A stretch of DNA of 64,000 bases from an uncultured Pelagibacteraceae bacterium. GTDB lineage: Bacteria > Pseudomonadota > Alphaproteobacteria > Pelagibacterales > Pelagibacteraceae. Positions 50,963 to 64,000 of this stretch are shown in pieces. Position numbers and translations under genes: made by a program. Positions within the stretch are counted from its first letter, which is position 1. Each line of letters begins with the position of its first letter. Below the pieces are notes generated by a model, which saw only the letters and a program-made list of their open reading frames with translations, made no database searches and had not been told where the DNA came from. The DNA is taken from positions 6,008-70,007 of the forward strand of contig CACLAY010000003.1 of NCBI GenBank assembly GCA_902604975.1. Reading direction: 5' to 3'.

Positions 50963-51695
50963 TCTTTTCCTCCCATTATATCTGGTGTTTGCCAGTTCAG
51001 ATTTTGTCCACTGTCAATAGCTAAGACTTGCCCTGTAATAGATATATTTTTTATAAAAAAGTCAACAGCATTACATATCTGTTCAACATCTACCTGTCTT
51101 TTTAATGGAGTTGCCATGTATTGTTTTTTGAAATGTTTCACACTTTGCCTCTTGTTTTTGATTGTAGGGCCTGGCGCAATACCATTTACTCTAATTTTTG
51201 GAGCTAAACTCATTGCACTAGTCTTGGTCAAAGTATAAAGACCAGTTTTACTGATAGTATAAGAAAAAAAGTATGGTGTTAGTTTAAATACTCTTTGATC
51301 AATTATATTAATTATATTGTTATTTTTTCCTTTAATATTTTTAGCAAATTCTTTTGATAGAAGAGCAGGTGTTCTTAAATTTGTTCTCAGGTGCTGCCCC
51401 CAACTATCAGTAGTAAAATTCTCTAATTTATCATTTTCAAAAAGTGATGCATTGTTTATCAGACAGTCGAAATATTTAAGTTTATTTTTCGCAAATTTAA
51501 CAATTTTATTTACATCACTCTCAACACTTAGATCACCTTTTACTAAATAAACCTTTGTGCCATTTTGTGATAACTCTTTTTTTAACGTTTCAGCATTTTT
51601 TTTCGATTTGTTAAAATGAATTACAATTTCTATTCCTTTACCAGAGAGTTTTCTAGCAATAGCAGCTCCAATTCTTGTTGCTCCGCCTGTAATAA

Positions 51696-51714
<19 letters not shown>
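50959..51714 (-). CDS. SDR oxidoreductase, FolM/pteridine reductase-like
   Basis: [29 protein letters not shown]. Confidence 0.88.
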
Positions 51715-56105
<4,391 letters not shown>

Positions 56106-56116
56106 CTCTTTGAAAA

Positions 56117-56500
56117 TTATTTAGTTTTTTTCTTTTTCTCTAAACCAAATACTGGAGAGTTTCTAAATCTTAAAACAAGTATTGCTATAGCGATTAAAAC
56201 AACGGCACCTGCTTCATATAATAATACTTCTGGATTAATTGATTTTCCTTGTAAAATTATAAATCTAGATAGAGCAGTAATTGCAATAAATAATGGGAGA
56301 GTTATTTGAATTGACTGACTTTCCCAAAATACTCTTACCATTGCTAAAACTTCTAGGTATAGAAAAAGTAGAAGCAAATCAGCCAAAGTAACTTTTTGAA
56401 CAATTATCATTTGATATATCTCAATACCAAATGCTATAATTGTAGCAGCAAGTATAATTACTAAAGCTATTAACTGGATTTGTTTTACTATATTTTCCAT
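56117..56500 (-). CDS. PsiE-family membrane protein
   Basis: LADLLLLFLYLE, IAITALSR. Confidence 0.85.
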   Translation of the reverse strand: MENIVKQIQLIALVIILAATIIAFGIEIYQMIIVQKVTLADLLLLFLYLEVLAMVRVFWESQSIQITLPLFIAITALSRFIILQGKSINPEVLLYEAGAVVLIAIAILVLRFRNSPVFGLEKKKKTK

Positions 56501-56524
56501 TAATAACTTATAAATGATCTTAAA

Positions 56525-57472
56525 TTAATTTGAAGCTAAATATTTTTCTGCTTCTAGAGCGGCCATACAGCCCATTCCTGCTGCTGTAACTGCTTGTCTA
56601 AAAATTTTGTCTTTGACATCACCAGCAGCATAAACACCTGGAACATTTGTTTCAGTAGAATCACTTTTTGTAATCAGATAACCTGTATTGTCCATTTCTA
56701 ATTGATCTTTAAATAGTGAGGTAGCAGGGTCATGACCAATAGCTATAAATAAACCGTCAATTTTTAGCTCTGTCATTTCATTAGTTTTTACATTTTTAAT
56801 TTTCAACCCTTTTACATTTTTTGGCTCATCATCACCTATTACTTCTTCAACAACAGAGTCCCAAATAATCTCAATTTTTTTATTTTCCATTAATTTTTTT
56901 TGCAATAGTTTCTCAGCTCTAAGTTCATCTCGTCTATGAATTAATTGTACCTTTGATGCAAATTTTGTAAGAAACATAGCTTCTTCTACTGCAGCATTTC
57001 CCCCACCAACTACTGCAACTGTTTTATCTTTGAAAAAGAAACCATCGCATGTTGCACATGCCGAAACTCCAAATCCTTTAAATTTTTCTTCAGATTCAAT
57101 GTTTAACCATCTAGCTTGAGCACCAGTTGAAATTATAACTGAGTCAGCAGTATACTTTTGTCCTCCATCACCAATTGCCTCAAACGGTTTAGATTTTAAA
57201 TTTACTGATTGGATATGATCCTCAACTAAATCGGTTCCAACTGCCTTTGCCTGTTCCCTCATTTGTTCCATTAACCATGGCCCTTGTATTACATCAGCAA
57301 AGCCCGGATAGTTTTCAACATCAGTTGTAATAGTTAATTGGCCACCCGGTTGCATACCAGCAACTAACATTGGTTTAAGCATAGCTCTCGCAGCATAAAC
57401 TGCAGCAGTATAACCAGCTGGCCCTGATCCAATTATTAACACTTTTGTATGTTTAGTTGGTTTTTCACTCAT
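56525..57472 (-). CDS. trxB: Thioredoxin reductase
   Basis: GSGPAG, CATCDG, GGGNAAVEEA, AAGD. Confidence 0.98.
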   Translation of the reverse strand: MSEKPTKHTKVLIIGSGPAGYTAAVYAARAMLKPMLVAGMQPGGQLTITTDVENYPGFADVIQGPWLMEQMREQAKAVGTDLVEDHIQSVNLKSKPFEAIGDGGQKYTADSVIISTGAQARWLNIESEEKFKGFGVSACATCDGFFFKDKTVAVVGGGNAAVEEAMFLTKFASKVQLIHRRDELRAEKLLQKKLMENKKIEIIWDSVVEEVIGDDEPKNVKGLKIKNVKTNEMTELKIDGLFIAIGHDPATSLFKDQLEMDNTGYLITKSDSTETNVPGVYAAGDVKDKIFRQAVTAAGMGCMAALEAEKYLASN

Positions 57473-57492
57473 ACAGGTCTATATAGTAAATA

Positions 57493-58437
57493 ATGAGCAA
57501 ATTAAAAGGTATATTATTGACTGAGGGCATGCATGGCATGCTTAGCCAAGTAGAGGGCTTAGCTAAAGCTCTTGATATTGATTTTACTCACCACATGGTT
57601 GAACTAAAAAGTTTATGGAGTTTGATTCCGCCAAAATTTACTCCAATTTCTCAAAATGTTTACAAAAAAATAAATTATTTAGATTTTGATATAATAATTT
57701 CTTGTGGAAGAAAAAGTATAATTCCATCAATCCATTTAAAAAGTATTTCAAATAAAAAAGTTTTTAATATTCATATACAAGATCCCAAAATTAACTTTGA
57801 TTATTTTGATTTTATTGTAGCGCCTGAACATGACGGAATTAATGGTCAAAATGTAATAAATACTAAAGGAGCAATTCATTATCTTACAAAAGCTGACATA
57901 GAGGAGAATAAGAATTATCTAAACTCATTTATAAAAAAAGATGACAGAAAAATTTGGTGCTTAATTATAGGTGGACCTACAAAATACTACGATTATTCAA
58001 CAAAAAATATGAAACATATTTTCTCAATTTTCTACAAGCTTTTAAAGAAACATGATTTTCAACTTGTTGTAATCCCGTCAATGAGAACTCCATTAAATAC
58101 TATTCATTATGCAAAAGAATTTTTTGGTGAAAATCATACAGTGATCATGGACGTTGATAAAAAGGCTTACTTATCTGCTTTAGCTATATCAGAAAAAATT
58201 ACAGTTACTTGTGATTCTAGTTCAATGATTTCTGAGGCTGCTTTAACAGGAAAGCCTATTTATATTGCAAATATTTTACCTAAAAAAAATGATATTAGGT
58301 TTCAGAAATTTAGAAATTTATTTAGAGAATTAAATATCACAAGAAATCTTGGAGAAGATATAGAAAATTGGAGCTACCAAAGTCTTGATGAAACTAATAG
58401 AGTTGCAGAAATTATAAAAGAAAAAATAAATAATTAA
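57493..58437 (+). CDS. Mitochondrial fission ELM1 family protein (GT-B-like)
   Basis: SQVEGLA, CGR, IQDP, PEHD, IGG, SMRTP, VTCDSSSMISEA..TGKP. Confidence 0.9.
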   Translation: MSKLKGILLTEGMHGMLSQVEGLAKALDIDFTHHMVELKSLWSLIPPKFTPISQNVYKKINYLDFDIIISCGRKSIIPSIHLKSISNKKVFNIHIQDPKINFDYFDFIVAPEHDGINGQNVINTKGAIHYLTKADIEENKNYLNSFIKKDDRKIWCLIIGGPTKYYDYSTKNMKHIFSIFYKLLKKHDFQLVVIPSMRTPLNTIHYAKEFFGENHTVIMDVDKKAYLSALAISEKITVTCDSSSMISEAALTGKPIYIANILPKKNDIRFQKFRNLFRELNITRNLGEDIENWSYQSLDETNRVAEIIKEKINN

Positions 58438-59099
58438 TGTCATTTTTAAATTCAATACTTAACGACTCAAAAAAATTTGATAATCCATTTGAACATTGGG
58501 AATTAAATAAACCCCTTACCGATGATCAAATAAATGAGATAATAAGTGCAGATATATCTGACCCAGCAAAACATAATCTTAATTATGATGGCACCAGAGC
58601 TATCGATGGTGGAGAAGGAAAATTTAGAGAAGGAATTTCAAATGGTGGAAAAGCTTTAAAATTTAGATGTTTTATAACAAATGAAAATACTAAAGAATTT
58701 CCAGGATTAACGGGTCTTATTAAAGAACTTCAAAGCAAAGAAACCCATCACAAAATCTCTAAATTGATAAATAAAGATTTATCAAATTCTTTTGTGAGAG
58801 TTGAGGTAATATGTGATCGAGAGGGTTTTTGGCTAAAACCACACTGTGATATTAAAGAAAAACTAATGTCATGCTTATTGTTTGTGAATAAACATGATGA
58901 AAGTGAAGAGCTTGGAACAGATTTTTATGATAGTGATTTGAAGTTAATTAAAACTTTACCTTATAAAGATAATTATGGATATTTTTTTTCCAGTGGACCC
59001 AATACTTGGCACGGTATGGAAAAGAAAGAAATAATTAAAGAGAGAAGATGCCTGCAAGTAAATTATGTAACATTTAAAACAGATTGGAAAGTTGATTAA
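58437..59099 (+). CDS. 2OG-Fe(II) oxygenase
   Basis: WLKPHCD (HxD), [12 protein letters not shown]. Confidence 0.85.
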   Translation: MSFLNSILNDSKKFDNPFEHWELNKPLTDDQINEIISADISDPAKHNLNYDGTRAIDGGEGKFREGISNGGKALKFRCFITNENTKEFPGLTGLIKELQSKETHHKISKLINKDLSNSFVRVEVICDREGFWLKPHCDIKEKLMSCLLFVNKHDESEELGTDFYDSDLKLIKTLPYKDNYGYFFSSGPNTWHGMEKKEIIKERRCLQVNYVTFKTDWKVD

Positions 59100-62000
59100 T
59101 TTTCTTGGAGAGCTTTTACTTTAAGTTTTTTTGTTTTTAATGCATTTATTGCTTCCAAAAATGAATATGCTGTAGACATGTTAGTGCAATAAGGAATTTT
59201 ATTAGCTAAAGTCCCTCTTCTAAGTGCTCTTGCATCACTAATTCTATTTTCACTATTTCCTCCACCAGTATTAATTACCAATGATATTTTTTTAGAATTT
59301 AGGATATCTACAATATGAGGTTTACCGCTACTTACTTTGTTAATTTTTCTGCATCTCATACCATTCTTAATTAAAATATCTGCAGTTCCCTTAGTTGCGG
59401 ATAGTGTAAATCCAAGTTTTAATAATCTCTGTGCAACTCCAATAATTTCTTGTTTATGAGAATCTTTGACTGATAAAAATGCTAAACCTTTTGTTGGTAA
59501 TGAATTTGCTGCAGCTATTTGACTTTTGGCTATTGCCATACCAAAGTCATCATCAAAGCCCATTACTTCTCCAGTAGATTTCATTTCTGGTCCAAGCAAT
59601 AGATCACTATCTGGAAATTTATTGAATGGAAATACTGCTTCTTTTACTGCATATTTTTTATTAGTTTTATATTTTAATTTGTACTTTGAAAGTTTTTCTC
59701 CTGCCATTATTCTGGATGCAATTTTAGCAAGCGGAACCCCATTAGCCTTTGACACAAATGGCACTGTCCTACTTGCTCTGGGATTTACTTCTATTACAAA
59801 TATTTCATCTTTTTTTATTGCAAATTGAATATTTAAAAGCCCCTTTACCTTTAGTGCTAATGCTAATTTTCTAGTTTGGATTTTAATTTCTTTTAAAAGA
59901 TTATCTTTGATAGAAACTGGGGGCAGACAACAAGCAGAGTCTCCAGAATGTACTCCCGCCTCTTCAATGTGTTGCATTATACCTGCAACATAAACATCTT
60001 TGCCATCAGAGATAGCATCCACATCAACTTCCATTGCGTGATCTATAAATTTATCAATTAAAATAGGATTTTGTTCTGAAGCTTTAAAAGCTTCATTAAT
60101 AAACTTTTTAAGTTGGCTTTTATCATGAACAATTTCCATTGCTCTTCCACCTAAAACATATGAAGGTCTAACAACAACAGGTAGTCCAATTTTTTCACTA
60201 ATTTTAATTGCTTGATCGAATTTGTTAGCAATTCCACTTTCTGCTTGTTTAAGATTTAATTTGATTAAAAGATCTCTAAATCTATCTCTATCCTCTGCTA
60301 AATCAATTGAACTGTATTGAGTACCAAGTATTGGTAAATTATTTTCATGTAAAAATTTTGCCAACTTAATTGGAGTTTGACCTCCAAATTGAGCGATAAC
60401 TCCAATTAGATTTCCTTTAGATTTTTCTTTTAGAATAATATTTTGAACGTATTCCTCTATAAGAGGCTCAAAGTATAGCCTATCACTCGTGTCATAATCT
60501 GTTGAAACAGTTTCAGGGTTACAATTAACCATAATTGTTTCAAATCCAGCATCTTTTAATGAAAAACTTGCCTGACAACAGCAATAATCAAACTCTATTC
60601 CTTGACCAATTCTATTTGGACCTCCTCCAAGTATAATTATTTTTTTCTTATTAGTAGGATTAGCTTCACACTCACTATTTATAGAAAAATTTCTCTGATA
60701 TGTTGAATACATATATGGAGTAAAGGATTTAAATTCAGCTGCACAAGTATCTACTTTTTTGAAAACAGGTAAAACTTTAAGGGCAACTCTTTTTGATCTT
60801 ACAATTTTCTCTTTAATTCCAGTTAATTTTGATAATTTTTTGTCAGAAAATCCAATAGATTTTATTCTATTAAATTCATTATAAGTTTTAGGAATTCCTT
60901 TTTTAATTATATTTTTTTCTTCATCAATTAGATCCTTAATTTGATTTAAGAACCATGGATCAACTTTAGATAATTTATATATTGTCTTTAGGGGAATATT
61001 ATTCCTAAAAGCTTCAGCAATTAATACTAGTCTATTTGGAATACTAACTCTTAAATTTTTTAAAATTTCTTTTTTTGAGTAGTTGAAAATATTGTCTAAT
61101 CCAGAAAATCCAGTTTCTAAAGAAACTAGAGCTTTTTGTAAAGATTCTTTAAAGTTTCTACCAATTGCCATTGCTTCACCCACAGATCTCATAGAAGTCC
61201 CAAGCACAGCTTTAGTGTCAGAAAATTTTTCAAATGTAAATCTAGGTATTTTTGTTACCACATAATCAATTGTTGGTTCAAATGAAGCTGGAGTTACCTT
61301 TGTTATTTCATTTTTTAATTCATCAAGAGTATAACCAACTGCAAGTTTAGCAGCTACTTTTGCAATTGGAAAACCAGTAGCTTTAGATGCTAATGCCGAG
61401 GATCTTGACACTCTTGGGTTCATCTCAATTATTACCATTCTTCCATTTTTAGGGTTAATTGCAAATTGAACATTTGATCCTCCAGTCTCTACACCTATTT
61501 TTCGAAGACAAGCTATCGATGCATTTCTCATTACTTGATACTCTTTATCTGTGAGTGTTAATGCTGGTGCTACTGTAATTGAATCACCTGTATGTATTCC
61601 CATTGGATCTAAATTTTCTATAGAACAAATAATTATGCAGTTGTCATTTCTGTCTCTGACAACTTCCATCTCAAACTCTTTCCATCCCTCTAAAGACTCC
61701 TCAATTAAAACTTGATTTTGAGGTGACTCATTCATTCCATTTCTAACAAGTTTAAAGAATTCTTTTTTACTTTTTGCAATTCCTCCACCTAATCCACCCA
61801 ATGTGAATGAAGGTCTTATAATTGCGGGCAAACCAATTTCTCTTAAACATTTTGATGCATCTTTAAAATTATTTATTATCCTTGACTTAGGTAAATCTAA
61901 ACCAATGTCAGACATATTTTTTCTGAATTTTTTCCGGTCCTCAGCATTTTCAATTGCTTTTGATTTAGCTCCAATTAGTTCAATTTTATATTTTTTAAGT

Positions 62001-62320
62001 AGACCAGCTTTTTCTGCACTTATTGCTAAATTTAAAGCTGTCTGGCCACCCATAGTAGGAAGAATTGCATTAGGCTTTTCTTTTTTAATCACTTCTTCAA
62101 GAACTGGAATTGTAATAGGCTCTATGTAAGTTTTATCAGCAACTCCAGGATCTGTCATAATAGTTGCAGGATTTGAATTTATTAATACTACCTCAAAACC
62201 CTCATCTTTAAGTGCCTTACAAGCTTGTGTACCTGAATAATCAAATTCGCATGCTTGTCCAATTATTATTGGGCCTGCACCAATAACTAATATTTTTTTA
62301 ATGTCTTTTCTTTTTGGCAT
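59096..62320 (-). CDS. carB: Carbamoyl-phosphate synthase large subunit
   Basis: [16 protein letters not shown], duplicated ATP-grasp, MGS domain. Confidence 0.98.
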   Translation of the reverse strand: MPKRKDIKKILVIGAGPIIIGQACEFDYSGTQACKALKDEGFEVVLINSNPATIMTDPGVADKTYIEPITIPVLEEVIKKEKPNAILPTMGGQTALNLAISAEKAGLLKKYKIELIGAKSKAIENAEDRKKFRKNMSDIGLDLPKSRIINNFKDASKCLREIGLPAIIRPSFTLGGLGGGIAKSKKEFFKLVRNGMNESPQNQVLIEESLEGWKEFEMEVVRDRNDNCIIICSIENLDPMGIHTGDSITVAPALTLTDKEYQVMRNASIACLRKIGVETGGSNVQFAINPKNGRMVIIEMNPRVSRSSALASKATGFPIAKVAAKLAVGYTLDELKNEITKVTPASFEPTIDYVVTKIPRFTFEKFSDTKAVLGTSMRSVGEAMAIGRNFKESLQKALVSLETGFSGLDNIFNYSKKEILKNLRVSIPNRLVLIAEAFRNNIPLKTIYKLSKVDPWFLNQIKDLIDEEKNIIKKGIPKTYNEFNRIKSIGFSDKKLSKLTGIKEKIVRSKRVALKVLPVFKKVDTCAAEFKSFTPYMYSTYQRNFSINSECEANPTNKKKIIILGGGPNRIGQGIEFDYCCCQASFSLKDAGFETIMVNCNPETVSTDYDTSDRLYFEPLIEEYVQNIILKEKSKGNLIGVIAQFGGQTPIKLAKFLHENNLPILGTQYSSIDLAEDRDRFRDLLIKLNLKQAESGIANKFDQAIKISEKIGLPVVVRPSYVLGGRAMEIVHDKSQLKKFINEAFKASEQNPILIDKFIDHAMEVDVDAISDGKDVYVAGIMQHIEEAGVHSGDSACCLPPVSIKDNLLKEIKIQTRKLALALKVKGLLNIQFAIKKDEIFVIEVNPRASRTVPFVSKANGVPLAKIASRIMAGEKLSKYKLKYKTNKKYAVKEAVFPFNKFPDSDLLLGPEMKSTGEVMGFDDDFGMAIAKSQIAAANSLPTKGLAFLSVKDSHKQEIIGVAQRLLKLGFTLSATKGTADILIKNGMRCRKINKVSSGKPHIVDILNSKKISLVINTGGGNSENRISDARALRRGTLANKIPYCTNMSTAYSFLEAINALKTKKLKVKALQEN

Positions 62321-63491
62321 ACTTTTTTACATCTTGAATAAAACTTTTGAATAAATATTGACTATCCTGTGGTCCTGGATTTGCCTCAGGATGGTATTGA
62401 ACTGAAAAAACTGGTCTCTTTTTTAATCTTATTCCCTCAATACTGTTATCAAAAAGCGATTTGTGAGTTATTTGTACATTTTTTGATAGGCTTTTTTCTA
62501 TTACTTCAAAACCATGGTTCTGACTTGTGATCTCTACTTTATTGTTGAGTAAATTTTTTACTGGATGATTTGCCCCTCTATGACCTAATTTCATTTTTTT
62601 TGTTTTAGCATTTAATGCCAAAGCTAAAATTTGATGGCCTAAGCAAATACCAAATATTGGATAATTCATTTTAATTAATTTTTGTATAGTTTTAATTGCA
62701 TATTTACCAGTTGCTGCTGGATCACCCGGCCCATTCGACAAAAAAATTCCATCTGGTTTTAATTTTGAGATCTCCCCAGCGGTTGTCTTGCAAGAAACTA
62801 CTTTTACGTCACAATTATAATCAGAAAAATATCTTAAAATATTTTTTTTTATTCCATAATCAATTGCAACTATCTTAAATATTTTTTTGATATTTTTTTT
62901 ATACCCAGTCTCTTTTTTCCAAGTTTTAAAACCTTTCCACGAATAAGTTTTTTTTGTAGAAACTTTTTTTGCAAGATCAAGGCCATCTAGTCCAGGGAAT
63001 TTAATTGAATTATTAATTAATTTTTTTATATTAAATTTACCTTTTTTATTATTTGATATCGTTCCATTTGGAGCACCTTTATCACGAATAAAATTTGTTA
63101 AGCTTCTTGTATCTAATCCAGTCAATCCAACTATTTTGTTTTTTTTTAGCCATTCATCTAAGGTTTTCAAAGCTCTGTAATTTGAGGGAGAAGTAATTTC
63201 CGAATTAAATATTGCACCTCTTGTCCAAATTTTATCAGATTCTAAATCTTCACTGTTAGTTCCAACATTTCCAATATGAGGAAATGTAAAGTTAATAATT
63301 TGACCAGCATACGAAGGGTCCGATATAATCTCTTGGTATCCAGTTAAAGAAGTGTTAAAACAAACCTCTCCAGTTGCTGTACCTTGATATCCAAGACCAA
63401 TACCCTTGAAAACTGTCTTGTTGTCTAAAACTAAAATACCTGTTGGAAATTGATGTTTAATTGCAATTTTATTTTTTTGTTTTTTGGTCAA
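62298..63491 (-). CDS. carA: Carbamoyl-phosphate synthase small subunit
   Basis: [26 protein letters not shown]; TTG start. Confidence 0.97.
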   Translation of the reverse strand: MTKKQKNKIAIKHQFPTGILVLDNKTVFKGIGLGYQGTATGEVCFNTSLTGYQEIISDPSYAGQIINFTFPHIGNVGTNSEDLESDKIWTRGAIFNSEITSPSNYRALKTLDEWLKKNKIVGLTGLDTRSLTNFIRDKGAPNGTISNNKKGKFNIKKLINNSIKFPGLDGLDLAKKVSTKKTYSWKGFKTWKKETGYKKNIKKIFKIVAIDYGIKKNILRYFSDYNCDVKVVSCKTTAGEISKLKPDGIFLSNGPGDPAATGKYAIKTIQKLIKMNYPIFGICLGHQILALALNAKTKKMKLGHRGANHPVKNLLNNKVEITSQNHGFEVIEKSLSKNVQITHKSLFDNSIEGIRLKKRPVFSVQYHPEANPGPQDSQYLFKSFIQDVKKYAKKKRH

Positions 63492-63615
63492 TTACAACTC
63501 ATGAGTTAAAGGTCTATACAATAAAACCTTTTTTTGCGCAACACATCTAATGTATATTGTGTAAAAAATTTTTTTTTCTTTTTGAAGAATTTTTCTGATG
63601 CGATAAAATTATACT

Positions 63616-64000
63616 ATGGGCTTAAGGAAAAAAATCGAAACAGACTATAAAAGTGCATTAAAAGCCAAGGATAAAAACAAAATATCAACTTATAGGTTAA
63701 TTCTATCAGGTATTAAGGATTTGGATATTAGCAACAGATCTCAAGTTGATAAAAAAGAGACTGATGAAGAGGATGTTAAAAAGCTTTTAAAAAAAATGAT
63801 AAAGCAAAGAACCGAATCAATAGAAATGTACAAAAAAAATAATAGAAATGATCTTCAAGAAGTAGAGGAGAAAGAGGTGGAAGTAATTAGTCAATATTTA
63901 CCTCAACAACTTAGCGATGAAGATACTAGGAAGCTATGTTCTGAGATAATTAATTCTACTGGAGCAAGTTCAATTAAAGATATGGGCAAAGTGATGGGTG
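63616..64000 (+). CDS. GatB/YqeY domain protein, partial (runs off the window)
   Basis: Hand translation MGLRKKIETDYKSALKAKDK...KMIKQRTES...YLPQQLS...KDMGKVMG; absent from the track because there is no stop in the window. Confidence 0.9.
   Translation, partial: MGLRKKIETDYKSALKAKDKNKISTYRLILSGIKDLDISNRSQVDKKETDEEDVKKLLKKMIKQRTESIEMYKKNNRNDLQEVEEKEVEVISQYLPQQLSDEDTRKLCSEIINSTGASSIKDMGKVMG

Overview
A very AT-rich, tightly packed alphaproteobacterial chromosome segment. Gene content, synteny and near-zero intergenic spacing point to SAR11/Pelagibacterales (inference). It is mostly core genome: F0 ATP synthase, petABC, crtIBY-blh retinal genes, smc-dsbA-dciA-mutY, ccrM, rnhA/B, uvrBC, carAB, tRNA-Gln and a MarR/OmpR/EnvZ block. 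I saw no mobile element, CRISPR array or rRNA. Main points of interest: (1) The usual alphaproteobacterial aa3 oxidase locus upstream of thrC holds a CoxMNOP(Q)-type oxidase with two subunit-III paralogues, a divergent SCO gene, no ctaG or surf1, and a RegA-like palindrome in its promoter. (2) The 857-aa SMC has intact ATPase heads but no recognisable hinge. (3) The ccrM promoter is packed with GANTC sites, one overlapping the -10 element. (4) MutY appears to lack the FSH 8-oxoG recognition loop. (5) There are extreme streamlining features: divergent starts 0 bp apart, a tRNA 3 bp from the cca start, and an unlisted 44-aa ORF. All calls come from reading motifs and synteny by eye; no searches were run.
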